A stretch of DNA of 64,000 nucleotides from NCBI RefSeq assembly GCF_009914755.1, contig NC_060930.1; one strand, written 5' to 3'. Source of the DNA: the human T2T-CHM13v2.0 reference genome, Homo sapiens. Positions 31,724-56,684 of this stretch are shown here, one piece after another (the first letter of the stretch is position 1; the number at the start of each line of letters is the position of its first letter). A program made the position numbers and the translations under genes. The notes below the pieces were generated by a model, which saw only the letters and a list, made by a program, of their open reading frames with translations, was not told where the DNA came from and ran no database searches.

Positions 31724-34669
31724 GTGAGTCCCGCCCCCCCGCGCGGCCCCGCCCCCGCGCGTCTCGCGCCGGCTCCTCCAGGGCTGGGAGAGCAGGCCCC
31801 GGGGAGGGCAGCCTCAGAACAACTTTGCTCCCGCGCCGCTGCCCAGCTAGGGCAGGGTTCATGTCTGGGCCCAGCAGGCTTTAGCAACCAACCACACCTG
31901 CCCAGGGCGCCTGCCCACAGGGGCTTGGCATTCGGGGGAATGGGGGCAGTGGGAAGGGAGGGCCTGTCTTCAAATCCTCGTGACCCCCGGGACTACTCCA
32001 GAGAGGGGGCACGCGCACCTAGGACCACCGTAGCGCGTCATCAGTCCTTCACCTCCAGCGTCCCTGACTTTCCGCATCATGTTCCCAAGATGTGCTTGGG
32101 TAGTACAAAGTGGGGCGGGGTTGGGGTGGCGGAGTCAGGGCCGGGAGGGGTGGGGATGGGAAGTACTGAAAGATGTTCAGTCTGTTTAAAAACACAAAAA
32201 TCAAGCCTGGTGAGGTGGTACTCGCCTGTAAGTCCTGAGGCTGAGTTGGGAGGATGGCTTGGACCCAGGAGTTCGAGACTGCAATGAGCTGTGATCACAC
32301 CACTGTACTCCAGCCTGGGGGACAGAACAAGACCCTGTCTTTAAAAATAAAAACAAAACCCATAAATAGCAGTCGTCACATGCACTCAGATTTCCACAAA
32401 TATAACAAAAAATCTGAACACAGCCAACATGGGGACCTGGGAGTAATACAGCCTGTGACAGAGAGGCCTCTAGCGGTTATATCACGTAAAATCTCGGGAG
32501 TTGTGCTTTAAATGACATAAGGAATAAGAAAATGTCCAACCCAGTGGGGGCTTCACCTTGGCGTTCTAGACTTCTGTGAGCAGCATCTGCATCTTGTTTG
32601 TTTCTGAATCAGTTTCTGTTGATTCATTTTTCTCCTGATTGTGGATCGCATTTTCTTGCTTTTTAGCCTGTCCGGAAATTTTTGCCTGGATGCGCACATT
32701 GTAAATAGAACACTGTTAAGTGTCTGTAATTTTTAGGAGGGAAAGAATAAATAATTGGTGGGAAAATATCAGTCTCTGCTATGTGTTTATTATCTCCAGA
32801 GTTGACATTTAGGAACCCATTGCTTGCAGATCCAGATCAGAGTAGGAGGTAAAATTAAAAGGTAGCAATAGAAAAGAAAGAAAAAAGCTCAATGTTACTT
32901 GCCATTCCATCAAAGGGAGAAATTATAAAGTTTTTGCAGGGGTATATTTGAGTGATTTTTGAGGCTAAAAGAAATGGCCTCTTAGCTCTAAAGGCTGTGT
33001 CTGGACTGTACCACTTCGGCCTGGAGATTCTTCCTCATATGGCATACTCATCCCACACAACTGCAGTCATTGTAAGATGACCTTGAAGCAACATAATGCT
33101 TTTTATTTTTTATTTTTATTTTTTGCCATAGACCTTGGAGAGCTTGAGCAGGATTGTTATGAGGAGAAACTTTCACTAGTGATGAAAATGCTGACTGAGG
33201 GTATCATCAAACCCTCCAAGGACTAGTTGTTATATAAGTTATTAATATTAAAAATAACATGATAATATATAATATTAACTAAGAATTGTACATGATTTCA
33301 AAGTTTGCCAAACACTTTCACATACATGATTTTATGTGCCTTCACAGAGACTTTGACCACCTCACTCCTGCCTTTGGGACCGTGAAAGAGAAGTCAGTAT
33401 AGAGTGAGCCCTAGCTCACATGTTCCGTGGTAGGGAAGTGGACAGGGGAGAGGACAGCATTTCTCAGGGGCATTCATTTCTAAATCCCTCCAGCACCATC
33501 AAAGATTTTCCTGCATCTGCAACTTTACAATAGGTCTTTTTGGGAGAAGTGGAAATTATTTAATGTTGTGTTTACCGTGAGCAGTGGTTATTTCTGGGCT
33601 GTGAGTTGCAAGTACTGAAGGGGAAATACTGACTTTTATAATTTATAAGACTTTGTTGAATTTTTTTTTTGCAATGAGCTTGTTGTAAATGATTTTCTAT
33701 TTTTTAAAAATAAGTGTTGACATCTGCTTCAGCCAGGAGGGAGCAACAAGGACTGGACTTACTCTGTGACCTGAAATGAAAAATCTGTGAAAAAAATGTA
33801 TGGAACAATGGTTTTCAGACATTGGGCAACAGGCAATGCAGGGCCCAAGAGAAGGGAGACAAAGGAAGTGAACATGCTGCTTGCTCCAGCTTACTGCCTG
33901 GAGAGGGTTTCCAAGCTGCAATGCAGACAGGCGAACCAAAAGAGACTCTGAGTTGGAAAATAGAGCTGAGAATTCAGGGAGGCCAGGGTGGCTAGAGTAC
34001 CAGAGAGGAGAGAGTGCAACGGAAGGAGGGAGCTCTGGAGATCTGTGCAGGGTTCCTCTGAGTCTTCAGCAGAAGTTTGACCAGGTACATGCATGTGAGG
34101 AAACTTCCCAAGACAGAGAGGCAACCACTAGAAAAAAGCTGGCAGAAAAACTTCTGAGCTTGCATTGGCCAGGCAATAGTTCGTTCCCAACAGCCAGAGT
34201 GGAGAAACCTTGTGACAAGAGGCATGAGTTTGAGTAGGAAGGGAAGGGATTACAGAGAAGCACATGAAAACTTTTGCAGGTGATAGGTGTGTTCATTACC
34301 TTGATTGTGGTGATGGTTTCACTGGTGAATACATTGATCAAAGTTCATCAAATTGTGTATTTTAAGTGGGTATAGTCAATTATATGTTAATAAGGCTATT
34401 TTTTAAAAACGAAGTTTCATTGCACTGTGCATTGTGATTTATCTTCTTTTTCTAGTTCTCTTTTCAGTTTTTTTCAGAAATAAACTATCTTTGTTTTAAA
34501 AGCCTAAACATCAAAACCTTATCAATGGATAGAAGAATTTTTATGTGAGGATGAAAATGTCAGGAAGATGTGTTTCTGTTTTATAAGATAGATCATTAAG
34601 AGTAAGAGTGGATCAAATTGAGATTGGACTTCGTAGGTCAGTTTGTTGAATGTTGGAATGAGATAACCT

Positions 34670-35340
<671 letters not shown>

Positions 35341-36857
35341 ACCCTAGTGACATCGTTTTTTGTTGCCCTCCCCTCCCCACTACTGCCCATCTAAGTACTT
35401 TTACAGGCATCGAATAAGTTAAGTCAGTGCATGTGAAGTGCTTAGAAGGGCATCTGACACATATAGAAGTTCAATAAATGCTAGTTGTTGTTGTTATTAC
35501 AACAGAAATGAAGGACCTTTCCTAAGATTAGAAGTCATGAAACCACTTGAAGCCTGAATCTCCTCTACAACATCCCAGCTGAGTGGCTGTTGCACTAAGA
35601 TTCTTCCTTCTCCATACCCCTTTCATGGAATCTGCTCTGCTCACGTCCCTGGAAGGGGCAGCCCCAACCCCCAGGTGGCCACACCCCCTGTTCACTAGGG
35701 ATGGAATCAATAATGAATGCCTGGCCCAAGCACAGCCAATCAGATACTCTCTCCAAGGAATGTAAAAACAGAATTGAGAAACAAACTGACTCAGCAAATC
35801 AACTCAACAAACTGACTCAACAAATTGAGTCAGGGAGGGAAGTGTAGCTGGGAAGCCAGGTGAGCTCCAGGGGACATGGAAGGGGATGATAGCAGAGAGA
35901 AGCTGTTCAGCAGAGGGGGACAAATGGAACCGTGAAAAGAGGAAATAGAGAACAGTGCATACATAGCCTTGAGAGAGGGAGGGAGTGAAGACAGGAGTTG
36001 CCTGACACTTTCTGGTCTCAAATCTCTCCCCTGAGCACCTACTTGGCCTTCTACCTGGAATTCCTCTCATGGAGTTCTTGCCTTGCAGCTCAGTGATCTA
36101 GGTTCATCCTAGTTAAATCTCTGTGGATTGCAAACAACAGAAACTCATTTTAGATTGGTTTAAAGAAAAAATAGCTACCGTGTTTACACACATGCACTCA
36201 CAGGCAGGGAGGAAATGCAGCCAGGCCTTGGGAGGGCCTGGACCAGACATGGCAGAACCCTCAGCAGTCAAGCAGCTGGTCTCCCAGTTGCTGCTTCTCT
36301 CTTCTGGGACCAAGTAGTCTGAGATCTCCACTTCTCTCTGCACATCTGATTCATGCTTCTCTCAGAGTCTGGAGTTTTCTGCCCTCCATGCACAGAGCCT
36401 GAGTCTATCTCACCTCACCTGCAGCAATGAACAGAAACTCAGAACAGTGACCATCAGTACCAAGAGAGAGACTCTGATGAGTCTAGCTTGGTCCTGTGTC
36501 CACCCTAAACTGAGGTTAGTGTGCAGAGACCATGAGGCACAAACAGGGCTACAAACATGGCCTTCCCTCTCCTCATTGAGGATGGAAAGAGAGGCCGTTC
36601 TTAGAGGAAGGACGTGGTAGTAACTGGGGAAAATCCTGAGAAGTTGTCTTCTGCGTTGACTCAGGCAATGCCCCATGTCTGCTTGAACATGTTCATTAAT
36701 TTTCATTTTAAATTTAAGAAACGCTTATAAAAAGTACTGTGCTACGACTACCAGGAACCGTTCTGAGTTCTGCACAGTCACTTATTTACTTAAAACAACA
36801 ATTACGCAGCATGTGCTAGTATTACCCCCAATTCACAGGTAGGGAATGCAATATTTT

Positions 36858-37350
36858 GTTACTGAAACACCAGGGGTTCAGTTTAGGTCCTGTTGCTTGC
36901 AGCACAGAAAGCCAATCACTGGATCAAGTATTTTTGGGGGAAGAAGGCTTTCTTTGGTGCTGCCAAATAAAGATAAGTGGAGATAAGTCTCAGATCTTCG
37001 ACCAACTTAAATTGGGGTGTATATAGTGGGGAAGGAGTGTAGCTACCCACAGGAAAACAGGAATTAAGGAGGGGTAAGGAAGAACAATTGGTCAACGGGA
37101 AGCAGATGGTTGGTTAGGAAAACAGGAATTATGGAGGAGTAAGGAGAGGAGTCTGGTGTCTCGTTATCTGGATGTGGTGATGTGAGTTTTACTTCCTCGA
37201 TATTATCTGGAAGTCGGAGGGTTTCCTGAAAAAGGAATTCAGATAAGACAAATGTAAGTTTTAAGCATTAAGAAAAGCAGGGTCCATTTCTAGCTTTAAT
37301 AGGAAAAAAATGGCAAACATCAGTTCTCGGGGGAAATTGAGCTAGTTTCA
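36858..37350 (-). mobile_element. MER4-group/ERV1-like LTR
   Basis: TG...CA-bounded; begins tgttactgaaacaccaggggttc...cacagaaagccaatcact. Subfamily uncertain. Confidence 0.55.
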
Positions 37351-37904
37351 CCTTCACACACCAAAGCTCCTTCCATCTTTGGGCAACTCTTACTATTCAT
37401 TAGAATGTTTTCCTTATATTCAGTTACAATCTGTTTTGTAGCTTCCAAGTATTTGTCCCAGTTCCTTCTCTTGGGACCACTCAGAGCAACCTACACCTAC
37501 TCCCAAGTGATAGTCCTTTAAATAATTTTAAAATGCCATTGAAGCTCAGGCAACTCAGCTTGCTTAGTACAGCACAGTGTTGAGTGTGGCTTATGACAGC
37601 AGTGTCAAACACCTGCTGGCTGTGTGACTTTGGGCAAGTCACCTACCCTCTTCAAGCACCAGATCACCCCGCCGTAATATAGGAATAATTGCCTCACCTT
37701 GCTTCCCACAAGTGTGGTGAGGATTAAGTGAAACACAGCACATAAAGCACTTAGCACAATGGCTAGTGCGCTAAAGGCTCCTAAGTGTTAGCTGGGATCA
37801 TCCCCTCTCAGTTCATCGATTCATCACATCGTGAGGCTTGCAGATCTCCATTCTGTCATCTAACCTGTTTTCTATCCCACCTGGCTTTGTTATTGTTGCG
37901 TTTT

Positions 37905-42545
<4,641 letters not shown>

Positions 42546-42734
42546 CACCTGGCTTTGTATCCTCTATAAACTGATGATCCTGCCTTCTATGTCTTCATCC
42601 AAGAAATCCATGTAAAATATGGACTATGAGAAGGCCAAGGTGAGAGCCTTGAGACACTTCATTAAAGGCTTATGCCAACATTGATATCAATTCATTAATT
42701 TGAATCCTCTAACTATGATTATTAGGTTATTTTA

Positions 42735-43027
42735 TTTTAATTTTTTTTTGAGATGGAGTTTCGCTCTTGTTGCCTAGGTGTACAGTGGCATAATCTCATC
42801 TCACAGCAACCTCCGCCTCCTGGGTTCAAGCAATTCTCCTGCTTTAGCCTCCCCAAAGTAGCTGGGATTACAGACATGCGCCACTATGCCAGGCTAATTT
42901 TGTATTTTTAGTAGAGACAGGGTTCTCCATGTTGGTCAGGCTGGTCTCAAACTCCCGACCTCAGGTGATCCGCCCGCCTCGGCCTCCCAGAGTGCTGGGA
43001 TTACAGGCATGAGTCACCGTGCCCGGC
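42735..43027 (-). mobile_element. AluS-like
   Basis: Alu consensus; TSD-like gatt(t)attag.tt. Confidence 0.85.
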
Positions 43028-45149
43028 GATTATTAGTTTATTAATCCACCCAGTTGCCCTTATCCAGCCCATGTATTTCCATCTTCTCCACAAACATATG
43101 CAAAATTGTTGAAAATCTTGGAGTTGAGGTTATTGTATTCTCATACTTGCCAATTTATAACAGCAATTTAAAAAATAAAAATATACCGGGGAATTTAGTA
43201 AGCAATTTAAGGTTCTGATGAGCATCGTTTTTTTTGTCAGAATTTTCCAAATAGGCCCTCAAAAACTGTTGCTAGAATCTTGTACAGGATTGATATTGGA
43301 CTGGTATCGTCTTTGCAAAATAAACTATACTCCCCTCTTGACGTTTGTTATCTTTTGCCCATTTCTGTAGTCTAGACACCTTTGATAATGTCCATAATCT
43401 CTCAAAGGTCACAAACAATGGTCCAGTCCTCTCATTTGCAAATTGGTATCTGGGACTGTCATTCATGTAGATCAGGAAACCTGGGCTCACCGAGAGCAGT
43501 TAGGACTCCCTGATGTTCGTTCCTCCCCTAACTAGTGTTTGTTCTCCCTGGTTAGTCTGAAAATCATTCCCTTTGCCAAAAAAGAAATACTCAATGCCCA
43601 AGCACCTAAGTTTCCATGGCACCTATAAAATACTGGAAGCTGACAGTATTTCTGATTGAATAGGTGATAGGAAAGGGGTAGGGGCCAGACACTGGAGAGG
43701 ACTGGAGAGAAAGAAAGAAAACTGTTTCTCTTTTCAGATGACATGAATGACTGTGCACGTAGTAAAGCTTTGTCTGCTATATCCAACATCTGGATTAGTT
43801 CAGAGTTTGTTTTTATTGACTGCTTTTTTTTCTTGAGCAACATTTTCTTGCTACTTTGCAGGTTGCACTGATGATTTTTGCTTTTTAAAGAAAACAAAAC
43901 TAAAACAACCATTCCAAAGATTAATAGTTTAAAACAACAACCGTTTTATGGGTTCTTATAGATTCTGTGGGTCAGGAAATTTGGAGAGGGCACAATAACT
44001 ATTGTCTGTCTCTGTTCCATGGCTGGAAAGACCAGAAAGTGGTGACTCAGTTCTTGGTGGAATGACATGGAGATTCCTTTACTAGCATGTCTGATGCCTG
44101 GGTTAAGATGATTTGATGTCTAGGCCCACTGACTTTACTACCCACATGTGGCTTGGCTTTCTCACACCATTGGCCTGAGTGGTCTGACCTAAACATCTTC
44201 CAAAAGGCCTCACATCCCAACACTGTTGCATTGCGGATTAAGTTTCTGACACATGAATTTTGGGGGACACATTCAGACTATAGCACCCACCGAGAATCAA
44301 GGGGAAAAGGCAGAGATTCTACCTCTTGATGGGAAGTGTGTCAAAGAATTGGCAGCCATTTTACAAAACCACCATACTGTCCAGAGATTTTTCATTATTA
44401 TATCTTGACTATTATTGATGACACGTTGTAGAAACTCTGGATTCTGTTGTTTTCCTCTGAACTGTGTTGATTTTTGTTCCAGTAGGCAATTCAATGACCT
44501 GTTAACCATCTTGAACTTTAGAAGGCTTGGTTTTATGCTCTATTAGGTAGATCTGTGGAAAGTCCACGCAGTTCCTATGACCTTCTAAATGCAACTTCAA
44601 AACTCTGTCTCCCCTGCTCATCTTGACAGGGATTGATTTTAAGCTTTGTTGGGTAGATCTCACTCTGGGACGTGACCCTTATTTCTAAGCTATGGCCTTA
44701 GGATGTTCATGGTGTTAATAAAGTATTAACAACATCTCTCCTCTCTGGCTGGGCTGGCCCCCAATGTCCTGCAACATGTCTCTGCCTCTACTATCTCTGT
44801 TTCAACCCCATAGCAGTGGTTCTCTGGCAAACTTCAGGAGGTCTCACTCTGAGCAAGCACTACTCGGCCAAGGACTCCCCCCACAGACTTCTGCCCCTCC
44901 TCTCCACTTGGCAATCCCCTCTTTGGTGACCTGTCCTGCAAATTCCAGTCACTTTAGCTGCCCCAATCTCTGATCTCTGCCTTCTATGCTAGTGAGGCCC
45001 CTGTGCTGTGTTTGGACTTCAGCTCATAGCACCATGGGGAACTGTCCCCGGCAGACAGTTGTAGGGCTCACCATGGGAATGTCCCCTCTCTCAAGGATAG
45101 CAGTCTTGCACTGTCTGTTGTCCACTGCCTGACAATAGCTGCCTATTTT

Positions 45150-49745
<4,596 letters not shown>

Positions 49746-49866
49746 AAAACCAAAATTACATTAACATGTTTCTCTTACAATCCTGTTTTAAATATAACTA
49801 GAATTTTCTGTTACTGCATAGCTTTTTTCCTAGTTTGAAAATATAAAATAATAATGATAATAAAGA

Positions 49867-51057
<1,191 letters not shown>

Positions 51058-51822
51058 TTACTTGCACTGTGCTCACATAATTTATACAGTCAGTTCTGCT
51101 ATATCAGGTTGTTTGAAAACCGTACTTTATTCCAATGCAAATGATGTATTAGGGAAGAATTTCAGTGTAATGTGAATTGCACGTTTGCTTATGAGTAACT
51201 TAGTCTGTGAGAAATGGTGAATGCAGAAAACTGCCTCACAAATGATTATACTACCTCTCAAATAATTTCCAACAACTCTTCTTCCTCCACTGCATAGTAA
51301 TCCACAAGCTGCTACTCTTCTAACTCCCGGGGATCCATGCCCTCCCCTCTGTTTAATTCCCCCAATTTCCTCTTATTTTCCATTTTTCCTCTCTGTTCTT
51401 TGCTTATCTCTCTTTTCTCCCTCACTTTTCTTCTCTCCCTCTCACACATAGAGGAGGGGGTGTTAGAACCAGGTGGGCTGGTGGTAGGATCATAGGTCCA
51501 CAATCTCACGAGCAAAGGCTCACTGCAGCTTCAGATTCCTGGGCTCAAGTGATCCTCCTGCCTAGGCCTCCCAAAGTGTTGGGATTATAGATGTGAGCTG
51601 CTGTGCCCAGCCCTATCTTTTAAAAAATATGTACTGAAAAAAAAATTTTTTTTTTTGAGACGGAGTCTTGCTCTGTTGCCAAGACTGGAATGCAGAGGCG
51701 CGATCTCCGCTCATTGCAGGCTCCGCCTCCACTTGACTCAGGGAACACACAGCAGTGGGAGCCAAGGCTGTCAGCGATCGAGGACCACAGGTGAACAACT
51801 CTGCGCCGCCGTGGTATCACCT

Positions 51823-51839
51823 CTAGGTGGATCTTCTGC
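51823..51839 (-). CDS. RAET1E: Alternative RAET1E terminal coding exon (C-terminus ...WWQNGRRST*, 255 aa isoform)
   Basis: Strong acceptor ctcttttgtctccttcctaaag|GCAGAAGATCCACCTAG. Joined to the internal donor ATG|GTGAGT at 55873/55872 it gives 768 nt in frame. This matches my recollection of a shorter-tailed ULBP4 isoform. Confidence 0.75.
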
Positions 51840-53705
51840 CTTTAGGAAGGAGACAAAAGAGTGCAGAACCCTGGGTCAGATCAGCTCAGGATTGACCCCT
51901 CCGTGATCTCTCAGGACTCAGATCCCACCTCTCTCTCAGGGAGAGATCAGCCGCTATTGTTCACATTCTGCCTCTCTGTCATCTAGTTTATGATTGTTCA
52001 CTTTCCGTTACTTCATCATTAGTTAGACCCAGACCCCAGCAGAGATTTTAGGGGTTCAGAGCCAAGGAAGGCAAAGTATCAGTGGGAACACAGTGGGAAG
52101 GCCCACAGCGGGGGCAAGAGTCTTCCAGCTGTGGGCAAGGGTATCCCTGCGGCAGGTCCAGAGCACTGAGGGTGGGGCTTGGCACGACGCCATTTGCCAG
52201 GATTCCTGTGTCAGGGGTGAACCAGAAACCCAGGTGTCAAAGGAATCCCACCTTCTAGTCCTTGCTGTCCTCACAGAGTGTCTAGGGTTCACTTTCAGCC
52301 TTCCCTTCTGCTCACAATCCCCTCTCCCACGGTCTGTGTGGCCCTGCCTCCAGCCTGCTTTGTTGGAGCCCAGGCAGCCTTCTTCATTATGTCCTCCTAG
52401 GAATTAAACCTAGAGACCCCTCAACCTTTGGCATGTGATATACTTTCCCATGGTCAGATGGTCAGATCATCAAGCTGCTGCCCCACCCAAAATTGTGTCT
52501 TGCCCACCCTCTGTGTTTCTGTCCATCAGACCACCCATCACATAGGCAACCCCTGGAGAGTGACCCTGGTTTAAAGCCTGACTTTGCCAAACCGCTTGGA
52601 TGCATTAATTTGGAAAGGTCCCTGTTCACCTCAGGGCCCACTTGCAAAGCAGAGACAGTCCCCGAGACTCATTCAGCCTTTGCCTTTCTCCTGTTGGCCA
52701 GGGACAGAGAGGGCTCAACTTGACCCAGAGCTAAGCCTCTCAGGTCGTGAATGCCCAGGCGATAAATGAAATTCACCTCATCTTATGTCTATGGTGAGAT
52801 TTGGCAGGGGTCCTGGGGAGACTTAGCAACCTCATTTCTCCCTGTCCTCATACAGGACAAGCCCTGCCCCTAATCCAGAGGCCAGTTGGCCCCATCTCAT
52901 ACTCTGTTTTGCTCACAGTATACCTGATGCCCTCCCTCCTGACCTGTGATTGGGATTGAGCTGAAGATAGTCACTGACGTGATTCAAAGGATTAGCACTT
53001 GGTACAGGTAGGATGGTGGAGATGTGGTTGGGGACATGGATGGTTGAGGTGAAATGGAACAGAAGAGTGCAGGTTCTTGTCCAAGCTCCATACCCAGGAG
53101 ATGACCCTTACCTCCGCTGCCACTCAAGTCCTCACATGTCCTGAGCGTCTACTATATAGCAGCCATGATAGATTCTCAGGTTACAAAAGTAATGTCCTCA
53201 AGTAAGCGCATCAGTTTACTGACATACACCCAATCATAAAACAATGTGATAATTTTTCTGTGGTCAGAGTTTCTGAGCTACGAGTGGGGGTAGTTAATTC
53301 TATCCAGGAAGAATGGTGACTTCTTAGAGGAGGTGACAGTTAAACTGGACTTGGATAGCTGTCTGGAATTCGGTCAGGTAAGAAAGAAAATTTCAGGCAG
53401 AGATGAGCATGAGCAAAAAATTTGGCAGCAAGGATGCACGGTGATTTAGAGATCAAAAAGTTCAGTGTGGATGCCTCTAGACATTTTCTTATCTGTGTCT
53501 GATAGATTTTGATATTTTGTATTATCATTTTCATTCATTTCAAAATACTTTCTAGTTTTCCTTGTACTTTTTAATTTGATATATAGTTATTTGGAAGCAT
53601 ATTATTTGATATCCAAACATTTGAGGATTTTTCCAGATAGCTTCCTGCTGTTGATTTCTAGTTTATTTCCATTGTGCTTGAACAAGATGCTTCACATGAT
53701 TTTAA

Positions 53706-54041
<336 letters not shown>

Positions 54042-55831
54042 TGATCCAAAAATGGCCCTTCTTGGTGAATGTCCCTGTGTATTTGAAAAGACACTCCCTG
54101 TCAACCCCTTTGCTCTGTCATTTAGCTTTGATCAGCTTTTTCTCTCTTCTGTCACTTCATCAGAAACAATGCCCAGAAATGCCAGAGACAACAAAATAGG
54201 AATGTGTCATGGGCACACAAAACTCTTTTTCCCTGGGTGCTGCTCTTCCCCGTGACAGAGAAATCCATGCGACACAGTGGGGAGGCCCTCCCCAAAGGGT
54301 GGCAGATACATTTTTTTCCCCTTGAATTGTAACACACCTTTCCCCAGGCCCACTCTGCCTCCCACTTCTGTTCAGCTCAGCTGTGGGCACTGACCTCCAC
54401 CGGCGCTTGATCCCTGCCTGCTCCTGCCCAGACAGGAAGCCCTTCAGCAGCCGACTCGGTTGCCAGGATGAAGCTAGAGGCCAGGAACTCCCAGGTGTCT
54501 ATGGAGGTCCCACCTCCTTTAAATCCCTACTGTTCAGACCCAGCTTCTAAAACTGTTCTTTTGCCTCCCTTCCTACTCACCAATCCCCTTCACTATTGTC
54601 AATGGCACTGAAGTCCCAGCCTGCTTGGTTGGGGCAGTTAAGTCCTTCTCAGTCACCTTCCACCAGGGATTAAGGTGGGACCCCTTTGCCTGCAGCTCTG
54701 TGGGTGGGACCCCTTCCTATCTCAGCATATTCACTCCCTGGGTTCCTGCTGCCATCACACCACCCACCACACGAGCCCCTTCTGGACCAGTGGCCCTTAT
54801 CTGACTCAAGCCATATCTTGCCAAGCCTGTTGTGACACCGATCTTGGCGAACTCACTTTTCATGTCAGGGCCCCTGCAAAACAGACACATATCTGAGTCA
54901 TGGTATTCGTTTAAGCAATGAAAAGGGTAGAATCATTTCTTACATCAGAAACATTGATCCTCAGTGAGTCAGATGGAGTAGCCTATTTTTCTCATTAGAG
55001 GGAATCCTAACTTTGAACTCCACAGAGAGAGCCCCAGGAACTGTGACTTGAACCCTAGAGCTCTACTTAACTTTTCCAAATTGCTGTACTTGAAAATGTT
55101 GAGGTCTGCCTGGGTCAATTTAGAGAAGACACTATGAGGACAAAGACAGCAATGGAAGAAAGAAATGAATTCTTCATGTCAGAGCAGTGGCGGAGAAACA
55201 GGACCAAAGAGCAGAAGATGTCTGGCAATGTGTCTGGCATATAATAGTTCTCTCAGCCAGGTGTGTTGGCTCCCCCTGTAATCCCAGCGCTTTGGGAGGC
55301 CGAGGCGGGAGCATCACCTGAGGTCGGGAGTTCAAGACGAGCCTGACCAACATGGAGAAACCCCATCTCTACTAAAAATGTAGGATGTAGTTCAGCACTG
55401 TGATGTTTAGAGGGTGGTGAAAGGATTTCTTATACCACATCTTGTATGTTATCTGGGAGTAAATGCTGCAGCCACAAGCGCCACCAGCAAGTCTTCTCAG
55501 GGTGAAGGGGAAAAGGGGATGGGACCTGCTGAGCTAAATCACGGTAAACGCAGACAGCAAACAAACTTTCCGTCAAAGAGCTGGATGAAACCTGGGCCGG
55601 ATGGCAAGGAGACAACACCCCAGGCAGGCATTCCAGATCTTTGACCTTGCCCCTCCTCGAGAGGAGATGATTGCTTCATCCCTCCTCTCACTGCACATTG
55701 TGCTGCCAGCCCTGCTGTGTAGTGTGGGGGCTCAAGACTAAGGCAGTGCACCATTTCTGTGGAGAGAGATGGATCAGGGAGCGGGGGCTTGGATGAGACC
55801 CATGATTCACCTCTCTTGAGTCCTTACCAGA

Positions 55832-56001
55832 CTAAGACGTCCTCAAGGGCCAGAGACCAGCCTGCCACTCACCATTTTGCCACCAGACACAGATGAGAAC
55901 AATTCCCATTAAAAGTAACAGGATGAATGCCCCCAGGATGATCCATCTATCTGGTAGACTAGAAGAAGACCAGTGGATATCTGAAGCATTTACTGGTGAC
56001 A
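55832..56001 (-). CDS. RAET1E: RAET1E stalk/transmembrane/cytoplasmic exon with stop; total CDS 792 nt = 263 aa
   Basis: Poly-T tract and ag| acceptor, translation VSPVNASDIHW...WIILGAFILLLLMGIVLICVWW QNGEWQAGLWPLRTS*. 85+261+276+170=792. Confidence 0.95.
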
Positions 56002-56684
56002 CTAAAAAAAAAAAAAAAAAAAAAGAAAAGAAAGCACAAGCCCTGTCACATAAAAAAAAAAGCATAAAAATATGCTTTCCTTAGCCCCTGCTTTCCCCAG
56101 GAACACATGGTGCCCCACATAATCACTGGCTCATGTGACAGCCACTCTACCAGGCCCTGGGCCATGAAGATGAATAGGGGTTGTGCCTTGTCCTTATGGA
56201 GCTCAGATTTCTACTGAGAGAGGTAGCAAATATCCATCTGATTACCACACAGTTTCACGATTACTGTGGTTAGAACTGTTTGGAGGATGACACAATGGGT
56301 GGTGCTTAATTCTGTGTGGGGAAGGTGGGGAAGGCTTCCTAAGAAGTGGCATTAGAGCTGGTGGAAGGGTAATTATAATAGAGGAAGAGAAGGCCTGGAT
56401 GTTTGCAATGACACAGATAGACTTGGGACCATTTAGCAGTGGGTCATTGTGACTGGATCATTGGTTAATGGGAAGGGGTTTCTACACTGAGGAAGAAACA
56501 GTGGGAGGTGGGATGGGAAAGGGAGGATGGTGGGAAATCCTTATGGCCATCACTGACTCTCCAGACAGGAAGCCCACGGAGAAGTCAATCAAATTTTCTA
56601 TCGCACACACACACTGACACCCACACAGGGAAGGCTTTTGACCTTTAAAGGGAGCTGCCACATTCTCCCACCCAGCTCAGTTAC

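Larger units (their letters stand above)
30550..32050. promoter_or_regulatory. CpG island / LRP11 promoter, probably bidirectional or overlapping an antisense start
   Basis: Very GC- and CpG-dense against a CpG-poor background. GC-box-like CCCCGCCCC near 31747-31755. Covers LRP11 exon 1. Confidence 0.92.

Noticed and set aside
30602-32287. Several long overlapping ORFs on both strands in the CpG island (217, 205, 199, 136 aa and others)
   Set aside because: Low-complexity Arg/Ala/Pro/Gly translations expected from stop-poor GC-rich DNA overlapping real LRP11 exon 1.
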